DNA of 62,403 bases, filler included. It is 6 parts of 6 records of this genome, joined end to end, with 100 filler letters (N's around TTAATTAATTAA, not from the genome) between each part and the next. Parts side by side here need not be neighbours in the genome. Positions count along the whole stretch, not along the records: positions 32,031 to 38,883 come from SRR2962707_2212; positions 38,984 to 47,192 come from SRR2962707_2214; 4 more parts are not named here. The stretch is one strand, 5' to 3'. Below, in pieces: positions 32,209 to 42,600 of the stretch (positions are counted from its first letter, which is position 1; every line of letters begins with the position of its first letter). Below the pieces are notes generated by a model. It made no database searches. It was not told the origin of the DNA and worked only from the letters and a program-made list of their open reading frames with translations. The position numbers and the translations under genes are program-made.

Positions 32209-33351
32209 ATGGATGTGATGACGCGTAAAACAACGCTTCTGATCGCAGGTGTGGCCATCATCGCGATGGCAGCACTTGCGTATATTTTTGCCAAAGACGA
32301 CATCGTGGCGCTTGTCACCCCCGGTGAACAAGCCCCGCAGGCGCGCGAAAACGTCGGGGATCGCGGCCTGCCGGTGATTGCCGAATATGCCAGTCTGATG
32401 GATGAAAAAACCGTTGTTGAAGCCGTCGGAACAGGCAAATCAGCACTGGGTGTGACGATCTATCCTGCGGTGTCGGGCGAAGTGTCAGACGTTCTGTTTC
32501 GCGCTGGTGACAAAGTGACCAAGGATCAGGTTCTGGTCATCCTTGATTCGGATCGCGAACGCCTTGCGCGCAATCTTGCCGCCGTGCAGGTCAAAGACGC
32601 CAAGCAGCTTCTTGGCCGTTACGAGCAGGCCCGCCCCCTTGGGGCTGTTGCCGACAGCGAAGTCGATACGGCACGCACTGCATTGGCCGAAGCCAAAATT
32701 CAGCTCGATCAGGCCGAAGTCAATCTGGCTGATCGCACCATCTTGGCCCCGTTTGACGGCATCGTCGGCATTTCTGAAATTGAGGCAGGCGACCGCGTTG
32801 ACAGTTCAACCGTGATCGTCACCCTTGATAACATCGAAAGCATTCTGGTTGATTTCGAAGTTGCCGAAACCCGGTTTGACAATGTAAGGCCGGGCCAAAA
32901 GGTCCGGGTTGAAACATGGAGCCTGCCGGGCGAGCTGTTCGAGGGAACCGTTGAGTCCATCGGCAGCCGTATTGACCCGGTCAGCCGGACGTTTAGTGTC
33001 CGTGCCCGCGTGCCCAACCCAAAAGGCCGCCTTTTGGCCGGGATGTCGTTTGCGGTTTATGTTGATATCGAAGGCAAAAGATACCCGTCCGTGCCAGAAA
33101 TCTCGGTCCTTTGGGGGGACGAGGGAACCTACATCTGGCGGATCAAGGATGATGCGGTGTCGCGCGTACCCGTCCGCGTTGTCAAACGGACCAACGGGCG
33201 CATTCTTGTGGATGGCGATATCGAAAAAGGCGATCTGATCGTTGTCGAAGGCGTCCTTCGCCTGCGCCCCGGTCGCAAGGTTGCGACTGTCATCCGCGAC
33301 AACAACGATACGGGTGTTGCCACCCGTGATGGCATTGGTGAAGGTTTCTGA
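32209..33351 (+). CDS. RND efflux periplasmic adaptor (membrane fusion protein)
   Basis: N-terminal anchor, a lipoyl-like half motif GEVSDVLFRAGDKV, ILAPFDGIVG and RIDPVSRTFSVRA. The start could be 32218. Confidence 0.92.
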   Translation: MDVMTRKTTLLIAGVAIIAMAALAYIFAKDDIVALVTPGEQAPQARENVGDRGLPVIAEYASLMDEKTVVEAVGTGKSALGVTIYPAVSGEVSDVLFRAGDKVTKDQVLVILDSDRERLARNLAAVQVKDAKQLLGRYEQARPLGAVADSEVDTARTALAEAKIQLDQAEVNLADRTILAPFDGIVGISEIEAGDRVDSSTVIVTLDNIESILVDFEVAETRFDNVRPGQKVRVETWSLPGELFEGTVESIGSRIDPVSRTFSVRARVPNPKGRLLAGMSFAVYVDIEGKRYPSVPEISVLWGDEGTYIWRIKDDAVSRVPVRVVKRTNGRILVDGDIEKGDLIVVEGVLRLRPGRKVATVIRDNNDTGVATRDGIGEGF

Positions 33352-33353
33352 CC

Positions 33354-36300
33354 ATGACGACGGAAACCGGCAATCAAAACCATAATGATCTAGCGTCGCT
33401 CAGCATCCGGCGCCCGGTTTTAATCATCGTCGCGGCGATGTTGATCATTCTGGCCGGACTTGCCGCCATGCTGGGTGTTGAAATCCGTGAATTGCCAAAT
33501 GTCGATCAACCAACTGTAACCGTCTATGCCACATATGACGGGGCATCCCCCGAAACGGTGGACTCGGAAGTCACCGGCATCCTCGAAGCTGCCGCATCAC
33601 GGGTCAGCGGTGTTAAGGAAATCAGCTCCAACAGCGAAGAAGGCAGCGCGCGTGTCCGCGTGCGGTTCTATCCCGATGTTGAGGTCAATGATGCGGCCAA
33701 TGACATCCGCGAAGCGGTCAGTCGCGCTTCACGCAGCCTGCCTGATAACGTCGAAGACGTTCGCGTGGTCAAGGCCGACGCCGATGCCAGTGCCATCATG
33801 CGCCTTGCCGTGGTCAGCAAAAGTCTGACCGAGGAAGAACTGGCCAATATTGTTGAAGACCAGATTGAGCCTGCTTTGCTGGCCGTCCCCGGCGTTGCCG
33901 AAATTTCGATAAATGGTGACCGTGAACGTGTCCTGCATGTCCGGGTCGATCCGCTGCGTCTGGCAAGCTATGGCCTGTCGGTTCAGGACGTGGCCGATGT
34001 TTTGGAAACGGCACAGTTCGATATTCCAGCGGGCAGTTTTGAATCAAATGATCAAAAGCTGTTTGTACGCGCCGACGCCTCTGTCTGGGAAGTTGGGCGC
34101 CTGAACCAGATGATGGTCCGCGACAGCATCCGGCTTGGTGATGTTGCCGATGTCTATTACGGCCCGGATGATGCGACCTCCTATGTCCGACTTGATGGCC
34201 GCACCGTTATCGGTCTGGGTGTCACCCGTCAGGCCCAATCAAACACCATCGCAATTTCAAACGGTATCCGCGAAGCAGCAGAAAAACTGAACGCGCAATA
34301 TGATGATGTTGATGTCTTCGTGAATTCTGATGATGCGGTGTTTATCGAAGGTGCCTTAAGCGAGGTGATCTACAGTCTCGCCCTTGCCATCGTGATTGTG
34401 ATTGGCGTGCTGTATCTGTTCCTGCGCTCCTTTACCGCAACCCTGATCCCGACGGTGACCATTCCAATCGCGCTGATTGGCACGGTTGCGGCGATTTGGG
34501 CGATGGGCTTTTCGATCAATATCCTGACCTTGCTGGCCCTTGTTCTGGCCACCGGCATGATTGTTGATGATGCGATTGTGGTGCTTGAAAACATTCAACG
34601 CCGCCGACATCAGGGGCTGGGATCTATGGCGGCGGCTGTTCTTGGCTCACGTCAGGTCTTCTTTGCGGTGATTGCCACCACATTGACCCTGATCTCGGTT
34701 TTCCTGCCGATTTCCTTCCTGCCAAGCACCGCCGGAAGTCTGTTCCGGGAATTTGGTTTTGTGTTGGCATTTTCGGTGGCGGTGTCTTCTTTTGTCGCCC
34801 TGACCCTGTGTCCGATGCTGGCGTCGCGTCTGAAACATATTGATCCGCATGACGGGGACGTGAATGCCAAACCGAATATGCTGGAAAGGGTCGGTTATTT
34901 CTTTGCCGATATTTACAAAAGCATTCTCGAATGGGTTTTGCGGTTTCCCTATATCACGCTGATCGGCTGTATTCTTGTCGGGACAATGGCATTTGGTGTC
35001 TATAACAGCGTCACCAAGGAATTGCTGCCCGACGAAGACCGTGGACGGATTCTGGTATCGCTGCGCGGGCCCGACGGGGTTGGCATTGATTACATGGACC
35101 GTCAGGTTGAGGCGGTTGAAAGTATTTTGCGTCCGGTCGTTGAGTCCGGGGATGCCTATAATATTTACACCATTGTCGGGTTGTGGGATCCCAATCGGGC
35201 CTTGGTCATCGCACCATTGATCCCGTGGGATGAACGCGACCGCAGTCAGCAGGACATTACCGCCACCATTCAGGATCAGCTAAACGCTCTTCCTGGTGTG
35301 CAGGCTTTTGTCTATCAGCCCAACAGCCTTGGTCTGCGTGGCGGCAGTGGCGAGGGGCTGGAATTTGCCCTGACCGGCACCAGCTATCGGGTACTCGCGG
35401 CACAGGCGCGGGCCATGCAGCGTGAATTCGAAGAAAACTATCCTAATTTGGTCGGGATACGGGTCTCCTATCAGACGACCCAGCCACAGCTTCTGGTCAA
35501 CATCGACCGTGAGCGGGCATTTGACCTTGGCATTCCGGTTGAAAGCCTCAATGTGACGCTGCGCACGATGATCGAGGGATATGAAGTCACCGAAATCAAC
35601 GTCGATGACCAGAACATCCCGGTGAAACTGCGTTCAAGCATTGGCAGCATCAACGATCCGTCCGATCTTGAAAATCTGTTTGTGACCGGGACGGACGGAC
35701 GGGTGTTGCCGCTATCATCCGTGATCAGTTTAAGCGAAGAAGCGGTCGCATCGGAGCTCGAACGCGAAGGTCAGCAGCGCGCTGTGATGGTCTCGGCCAA
35801 TCTTGCACCCGGCTATACCTTGCAACAGGCGGTCGATGATGTGAACGCAGCCGCCGACAAGGTTCTCTCCCCCGGGATCGGGGTGTTGATGACCGGCGAC
35901 GCTGCGACCCTTGGCGAAACCAACAATGATGTACAACTGACCTTCCTGATTGCCGTGCTGGTGGTGTTGCTGGTGCTTGCTGCCCAGTTTGAAAGTTTCA
36001 TGTCCGCTTTGGTGGTTGTCCTGACAGTTCCATTTGGTCTGGCAGCCGCGATCTTTGCGCTGGGCTTAAGTGGGACATCAATCAATATTTACAGCCAGAT
36101 CGGGCTTGTGATGCTGGTCGGCCTGATGGCCAAAAACGGTATTCTGGTCGTTGAATTCGCCGATCAGCTCCGCGATTCCGGGAAATCGGTCCGTGATGCC
36201 GTGCATGATGCGGCCATGGTACGCTTGCGGCCAATCATGATGACAATGATTTCAACGGTTCTTGGCGGATTGCCACTGGTGCTGGGCTCGGGGGCTGGGG

Positions 36301-36521
36301 CCGAGGCCCGCGCTGCAATTGGCTGGGTTGTGTTTGGCGGGCTTGGGTTTGCCACGGTCTTTACGCTGTTTTTGACCCCGGTTTTGTATCTGTTGCTGGC
36401 ACCACTGGTGTCGGCGCGTGCGGACGGCGGGCTTAAATTGCAAAGTCAGTTGCGTGCGGCCGAAGCCATTCCTGATACCGGCGAAATGGACGACAGCAAG
36501 ATTCAGGGAAGTGCGAAATAA
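33354..36521 (+). CDS. RND efflux permease, AcrB/AcrD/AcrF family
   Basis: 1055 aa. Motifs SIRRPV, GASPETVD, proton-relay VDDAIVVLENI, KNGILVVEF and RLRPIMMT. Confidence 0.96.
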   Translation: MTTETGNQNHNDLASLSIRRPVLIIVAAMLIILAGLAAMLGVEIRELPNVDQPTVTVYATYDGASPETVDSEVTGILEAAASRVSGVKEISSNSEEGSARVRVRFYPDVEVNDAANDIREAVSRASRSLPDNVEDVRVVKADADASAIMRLAVVSKSLTEEELANIVEDQIEPALLAVPGVAEISINGDRERVLHVRVDPLRLASYGLSVQDVADVLETAQFDIPAGSFESNDQKLFVRADASVWEVGRLNQMMVRDSIRLGDVADVYYGPDDATSYVRLDGRTVIGLGVTRQAQSNTIAISNGIREAAEKLNAQYDDVDVFVNSDDAVFIEGALSEVIYSLALAIVIVIGVLYLFLRSFTATLIPTVTIPIALIGTVAAIWAMGFSINILTLLALVLATGMIVDDAIVVLENIQRRRHQGLGSMAAAVLGSRQVFFAVIATTLTLISVFLPISFLPSTAGSLFREFGFVLAFSVAVSSFVALTLCPMLASRLKHIDPHDGDVNAKPNMLERVGYFFADIYKSILEWVLRFPYITLIGCILVGTMAFGVYNSVTKELLPDEDRGRILVSLRGPDGVGIDYMDRQVEAVESILRPVVESGDAYNIYTIVGLWDPNRALVIAPLIPWDERDRSQQDITATIQDQLNALPGVQAFVYQPNSLGLRGGSGEGLEFALTGTSYRVLAAQARAMQREFEENYPNLVGIRVSYQTTQPQLLVNIDRERAFDLGIPVESLNVTLRTMIEGYEVTEINVDDQNIPVKLRSSIGSINDPSDLENLFVTGTDGRVLPLSSVISLSEEAVASELEREGQQRAVMVSANLAPGYTLQQAVDDVNAAADKVLSPGIGVLMTGDAATLGETNNDVQLTFLIAVLVVLLVLAAQFESFMSALVVVLTVPFGLAAAIFALGLSGTSINIYSQIGLVMLVGLMAKNGILVVEFADQLRDSGKSVRDAVHDAAMVRLRPIMMTMISTVLGGLPLVLGSGAGAEARAAIGWVVFGGLGFATVFTLFLTPVLYLLLAPLVSARADGGLKLQSQLRAAEAIPDTGEMDDSKIQGSAK

Positions 36522-36522
36522 C

Positions 36523-37974
36523 ATGCAGGTGAAACGACTTTCGGCACTTTCTTGCGCTGTCATATTGATCGGGTTGGCCGGGTGCCAATCGGTGGGGCCG
36601 GATTATGCCGCACCGAAATTTGATCTGATCGGGGCCTATACCCCGGAAATTCCGGTTATCGCCAATAACCCTGCCGATCAGGCCCGCTGGTGGGAAACCA
36701 CAACCGATCCGGTTTTGGACGCCCTGATCAAGGAAGGTATCACCAACAATATTGATCTTAAGATCGCGATCAGCCGCATTCGTGCGGCGGCGGCAACCGC
36801 ACGTGGTGTGCGCGGGGAAAATGGTCTTGAAGTCGGTGCCAGCGTAGATGGATCGGCTGAACGCAGAACGTCCAGCCGGTTAGATGGCAATCGGGTTGAT
36901 GATCTTGGATACGGGGCGGGGATTGATCTTTCCTGGACGGCGGATGTTTGGGGCGGCGAAGCCCGCGAAGAACAGGCTGCCGAGGCCGATTATCTTGAAC
37001 AGGTTTATTTGCGCGAGGATGTCTATCGCGTGATGATCGGCGACATTATCCGTAATTATATCGAACTGCGCGGGTCTCAAAAACGTCAGGAACTGTTGCG
37101 AAGCTCACTTGATCTGCAACGCCAGACCAGCAACATCGTGCAGGTCCGCCAGCAAACCGGTCTTGCGTCCGAACTTGATCTATCGCGTGCGCGTGCCGAA
37201 GTGTCCGATATTGAATCAAGTTTGCCCGCCCTTCAAACCGACATAGACCGGTCGATCAATGCGATTTCCATTCTGGTTGGTGCACAGCCGGGAACCCATC
37301 GTGATGTGTTGCTTGATGTGTCACCCTTGCCGGAATTTCAAAGTGCACCGCCGATTGGTATTCCAGCCGATCTTTTGCGCCGCCGTCCCGATGTGCGTGC
37401 TGCCGAACTGGCCTTGATTTCCGCCACGGCACAAATCGGGGTCGAAACCGCAACCCTTTATCCTGAACTCTCACTCGATGGCTCTTTGGCCTTTGGCGTG
37501 ACGGGCTATGGCACCGGTCCGATTATACGCACTGCAATGGCAGCCATTGGCGCACTGATTGATGCGACGCTCTATGATGGTGGGCTGCGCCGATCCAACA
37601 TAACCGTGGCCGAAGAAGAAGCCGAGCAGGCCTTTCTGACCTATCGCAAGACGCTGTTGGCCGCGATTGAAGAAGTCGAAAGTGCGATTTACGGTTATGT
37701 CGGTGCCGTGCAGCAACGTGATTCGCTGATTGCATCGGTGCGCTATCACAGCGATGCGTTTGAACAATCGCGGGTACGCTACGTTCAGGGGCTTTCGAAC
37801 TTTCTTGATGTGCTTGATTCTCAACGCAGCCTGACAACGTCACAGCAATCCCTTGCCGATGCGGAAACCGACCTCGAACTTGAAACCATCAATCTTTATA
37901 GCGCGGTTGGCCTAAGCGTTGAGGATGTCGAACGGTATGCCAATCAGGAAGGGATAGATCTGGTCAACGGCTAA
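36523..37974 (+). CDS. RND outer membrane factor lipoprotein (OprM/NodT family)
   Basis: Lipobox LAGC after ATG 36523, then VGPDY, PADLLRRRPDVRAAE and GLSNFLDVLDSQRSL. Confidence 0.93.
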   Translation: MQVKRLSALSCAVILIGLAGCQSVGPDYAAPKFDLIGAYTPEIPVIANNPADQARWWETTTDPVLDALIKEGITNNIDLKIAISRIRAAAATARGVRGENGLEVGASVDGSAERRTSSRLDGNRVDDLGYGAGIDLSWTADVWGGEAREEQAAEADYLEQVYLREDVYRVMIGDIIRNYIELRGSQKRQELLRSSLDLQRQTSNIVQVRQQTGLASELDLSRARAEVSDIESSLPALQTDIDRSINAISILVGAQPGTHRDVLLDVSPLPEFQSAPPIGIPADLLRRRPDVRAAELALISATAQIGVETATLYPELSLDGSLAFGVTGYGTGPIIRTAMAAIGALIDATLYDGGLRRSNITVAEEEAEQAFLTYRKTLLAAIEEVESAIYGYVGAVQQRDSLIASVRYHSDAFEQSRVRYVQGLSNFLDVLDSQRSLTTSQQSLADAETDLELETINLYSAVGLSVEDVERYANQEGIDLVNG

Positions 37975-38083
37975 GGTCAGAACTGATGTGTGCCAAGTCA
38001 CTGTGAAAACAACTATATCAGTGAACTGTGTCTTGAGTTTCGCCCACGTTCGTCCTAGGTGTTTGTCAGAATGACTTCCGGGG

Positions 38084-38701
38084 ATGATCATGACCGGCGA
38101 TCTGTTTGCCAACGAGCCACCACGCAATTTGTTGCCCTTTGACGGGCAGGTTTTACTGTTGCGTGGCATTATGCCTGATGACGATGCCGACCGGACCTTT
38201 GACCGGCTGCTCAGTGGCATTGTCTGGCAACAGGAAACCGCCCGGATGGCTGGCAAGGAAATCCCCGTTCCACGCCTGACCGCATGGTTTGGTGAGGTCG
38301 CCTATCGTTATAGCGGCGTCTATCACCCGGCATCTCCTTTTCCGGCAAAGGTCGCCCCGTTGCGCGATCTGGCCGAAAACCTTGCCGGTGTGGCTTTTAA
38401 CACGGTGCTGCTCAACCAGTATCGCGATGGCCGCGACAGTGTATCCTGGCATGCCGATGACGAAGATGTTCTGGGCCAGAGCCCGGTCATCGCCAGCCTG
38501 TCCTTTGGCGAAGAACGCCGTTTTCATCTGCGTCACAAGACAACCGGGGATCGCATCAGCATCGATCTGCCCCATAATTCAGCCCTGATCATGGGCGGCG
38601 AAACCCAGCATAGCTGGCTGCATCAACTGCCCAAAACCGCCAAGCAGGTCGGGCCACGGATCAACCTGACCTTCCGCAATACCAGCCCCGAAAGCCGTTA
38701 A
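38084..38701 (+). CDS. AlkB-family 2OG-Fe(II) dioxygenase (ALKBH2/3-like DNA repair type)
   Basis: PRLTAW, LNQYRDGRDSVSWHADDE (HxD), distal H in WLHQLPK and RINLTFR. Confidence 0.92.
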   Translation: MIMTGDLFANEPPRNLLPFDGQVLLLRGIMPDDDADRTFDRLLSGIVWQQETARMAGKEIPVPRLTAWFGEVAYRYSGVYHPASPFPAKVAPLRDLAENLAGVAFNTVLLNQYRDGRDSVSWHADDEDVLGQSPVIASLSFGEERRFHLRHKTTGDRISIDLPHNSALIMGGETQHSWLHQLPKTAKQVGPRINLTFRNTSPESR

Positions 38702-38847
38702 AACCAAGGGCGGTTTTCTGTAACGTCAATGTCTTGTGGCAAGACAGTGTTGGTTATGGCTATAGTGGTTTTAAGGAAAAAACATCTGCCGTCGTCGCCG
38801 TTGGGCGGGGCAGTTTAAAAACGCACGGACTGGGAGAGCAAAACGCA

Positions 38848-38883
38848 ATGGCTGCAAAACGCGTAAAACTTCTGGATGTCGCC
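38848..38883 (+). CDS. N-terminal fragment of a probable LacI-family regulator, cut by contig end
   Basis: MAAKRVKLLDVA resembles the LacI HTH start. A GGGAG RBS lies upstream. Only 12 codons are visible. Confidence 0.55.
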
Positions 38884-38983
38884 NNNNNNNNNNNNNNNNN
38901 NNNNNNNNNNNNNNNNNNNNNNNNNNNTTAATTAATTAANNNNNNNNNNNNNNNNNNNNNNNNNNNNNNNNNNNNNNNNNNNN
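38884..38983. other. Artificial contig-joining spacer
   Basis: 44N-TTAATTAATTAA-44N. Confidence 0.99.
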
Positions 38984-39300
38984 CACACACACACACACAC
39001 ACACACACATTCAGACAGACAGATAGACACAGAGAGACAGTAGTGCGAGCGAGAGACAAGAGAAAGAGAAAGAGTCGGGGACGGGGTCGAAAGCGACAAG
39101 CAGGGAGGGAGACGTATGGCACGCGACATGGAAGTGAGTGGAGAGCGTCTTGAGGAGAGAGAGCCTCTCACGGTGCACGGAGAGAGGCAAGAGCGTCTGA
39201 AGAGAGCCGCGCCTTGGAGTGAGTGGGAAGGGGGGAGGGAGGGAGGGGGAAGGAATCTCAAGAGAACGAAAGAAAGAAAACAAGGGGGAGGGGGTCTCGA
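38984..39300. repeat. (CA)13 microsatellite followed by purine (GA)-rich low-complexity tract
   Basis: Read directly: CA run at 38984-39009, then GA-rich sequence. Confidence 0.85.
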
Positions 39301-39679
39301 AAGAGTCGTTGGAGAGAGTCCCGAGAACGAGGCCGACAGTCGCGAGAGGGAAGGTGAGAGCGCGGCAGCTGTCGTTGCCGTTGACTCGCTTCGTGTGCGA
39401 TTGTTTCGTTTTGAAGGCTGTGGCAGAGTCGAAGAACAGCAGACGTGAGCGTACAATCTCTTTGTTTCAACGTTCAAGCTTTATTTTTTTTCTTTTTTTC
39501 GTGCTGTCAAAGCCAATGAAGTGGGAGTGTTTGCAATTTCTGCAGTGCCAACGTCTCGTTCGTGGGGCGTCGTCGGCACAGTCAAGCAAATTGTTACGTA
39601 CCTGTTGAAAACAATGCTTCACGTGGGACTAACGTTGCAACCAACGATACTTCAGCTCTGAGTGTCGTTGGCGGTCAAA

Positions 39680-42600
39680 ATGGGGTTTTCGCGGGCTGAG
39701 CGGCGGCGAAGCTTGAAGGCCGCTGCTACGGCTGCTGCAGCGGCGACTCTTGGAAACACCCGGTCGCCGCGTACCAGTCGCAACTCGCCACTGTCTCGCG
39801 AGACCGCGCAAGCACGCGATGCAGAAATGGCTGAAGAAAACGAGCTGATTGCGCAACGAACTGCACTGGCAAAACAAAAGCTGAAGCTGTTGCTCGGTTT
39901 TATGAGCAATCAGACACATGAGGGAATCGATGAAGAGGTGAGTTCTGGCAACGCCAACATTGGTGATACAACCAATGCGGGCACCGCCAACGCAGTTTTG
40001 GCGTTTGATGTGGACGAACTCCAACTTGCACCAGCCTCTCATCAACCAGCAGATTTGATGAATCAAGGAAACACACCTCGCTCAGGCACAGCGTTTAGCA
40101 CCGCCGATGACGCATCGTTGCCCGCCAAAGCCATTCCGTTTATTTCTGCGACCAACACTGCTGCTCTGCGCATCCAAGCCCGTCGTGCACAGCAGCGTGC
40201 AAAAAAAGAAGCCACCCAGAATAGTGCCGACCAATCATCGCGTCTCGCGTGGAATATGTCGCAAGAGGCCGAGAAGGCCAACTACCTCGCAGCTGCTGAG
40301 GCCAAGGCAGCCGACTTGAAAAAAACTTCACCCCGACGCCCAAATAGCGACAACGACGGGTTCCAGCGCCGACCTCCCTCTCCTTCCCACACTGCAACGG
40401 CGGCTACGTTAGGCAATGTGTCAGCTCTTTTTGCACCCTCCGTATCGGCATCCGGTGCCTCGATTGCCAGTTTGTTCCCATGCCTGGGAGAAAAGTCGTC
40501 CAACGGGAACTTCCTTTCTGATGCCGAGCAGCGCATTGTGGCTCAGCTATTCGCAGCCGATGAATCGTTTGCTGAACCGGTTGTGCGTGAGGAATACGGG
40601 CGCTTCTGGGGATGTAATGGGACCATTCGACTTGCCCGTTCCCCTGCATTGGTTGTGAAGTGCCTCGAAGCGATCGAGCCCGATGTCGACGTGCATGCCG
40701 CTGAGGTAGCTGCCGTACTACATGGGCTTCGTGTGGATCCACTTGAATTTGACGAGACTCGCAACCAGGAAGGTGTACTCGGGGCAATCGAAACTGAAGA
40801 AATCAAGCTTTCGTTTCTGCTTGATCGCCTGGGGGAATGCCTTCGCGGTCGATATGAGCAACATCAACAAAGAAAAGTCCGTATCAACAGCACATCCAGG
40901 CAAGACACAGCGATGCCTGACGCTGCTCGAACTGGTTCTGAATTGCAGAGCTACGAGAACTGGGATCCGTCGTTCACTGCACAATGTCGGCACTTTCAGA
41001 TTCGGCACCTGCTTCGGATTTTCCATCTCGTACTGGTCGTTGTTGGGATGGGTGCAGAAATTGCGCTTGACTGGTGGCTGCTTGGCATGCTGGAAGCACC
41101 GCTCAACGCCTCAGCTGCAATGGATCCCACATACATGAGGGCACATCTCCCTCACGGCGTGGCATGGAATGGCCAACCATTCGAGTTGCCTCTTCCTTCG
41201 AACGGAATTGCCGCAAGAGCCGTATTAAGTGGGCCGGATGGATCCTTCTTTGTGTACAACAATTTTTCTTGTCTGCAACCCATGCGCTGTGGGACCGGAG
41301 CAGATGCCATTAACCTCACTTCGCTGGGTGCAAGTGCGTTACTGTGCGCAGGGCAGCCTGCAGATCATGTCGTACTTCCCAACCGTAATGGTCAGTGCTT
41401 AGCCGGAGGCGGTAGTGGTGCGCTAGCATTTCGCCAACACGGCGTGCAGTTCCACAATCCTCTGCAGGGGCTAGACGCACATCCATCATCATTGCCCACG
41501 TCCTTGAATGTCTCATGGTATCCCAATTTGCCATGGGTCCCTGACGCGCGCACTAGTGTATCGGTTGATTCGGATCAATCAGAAAATGAGCTGCAGTGCG
41601 GGGATCTGGCAATGGCCGAAGGTCCCAATGGTGATTTGGACACACTTATGCTTGCGTCTGCTGCACGCGTGACAGCCGCTGCAAGCTTGAGCATGGACGA
41701 GCTCTTGACATTCTTTTCCTTTGATGAACGCTATGATGAGAGGCACGCGTTTGGTTGCTGCTCATTGGAAAAAAAGTGGGTAAGATAGGAAACCCGCACG
41801 ACTTTCTCACTGCGAATTCCCGTGGTGCCGTGTCTATAGGTACTATGAATTCGGTCAATTCTTTTGCGGTGCTCTATCGTCAGCTGAAGCTTGCAATGAA
41901 TACAGCATTTTTGACAATCCCATTGAAGTGGATTTGGCACGTCTTCCACCCAATATCACGCGCGATGTCCTTGATACGCGGTACCGTTGTGGCTGGCGCT
42001 CCGAATCTGATCGTTGCGATGTTGTCACCCTCACGGACGCCGAGTACAAGTACTTTTCATACCAGTACTGTGGATTCTTTGAAGCAGACAGCTGTCACCT
42101 CAGCTCACACATCGTGCGATGCCGTGCGAACCGGAACTGGAATCCTTCACTTAATGCTGGCGGATCAAATGACTCACATGTGACTACAAAACCCAGGGAG
42201 TTTGATACGCCGCCACAATACCAATGCAGTCCAGACTTGTCTACCGGTCTTGATGGTTCAGGCACCCTTTCTGCGTTGTCAGTGCTAGATCCGTCTGATT
42301 TAGGGAAAAGTCTTGTTGTGTATTGCCCGATGGACGTCCTGTCATTATCACCAAGTGGCACTGTACCCTTGTCAAATGCAACGACGTTGCTTGCCACAGT
42401 GACTGTGTCGACAGTACTTGGTCGTGGGAATGGCTCAACCACCACGACAACACCTGTTACGTCGCCTGTCGCAGAAGTGAGCACTGCGAGCTCCCTTGTA
42501 GCAGATCTAGATTTGCTTGACCAAGTCATTGTCGACTGTGATGGTTTCAATGAGTATCTCGGCCGTATTCTAGCGTTGCAGCGCCACATAGTGCAGCGAG

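Noticed and set aside
19543-38883. Bacterial genes as a horizontally transferred island in a eukaryote
   Set aside because: They are bounded by artificial spacers, have no introns and show bacterial RBS/operon structure. These are separate contigs.
38932-39608. ORFs over the CA/GA-rich tract
   Set aside because: Translations of microsatellite and low-complexity DNA.
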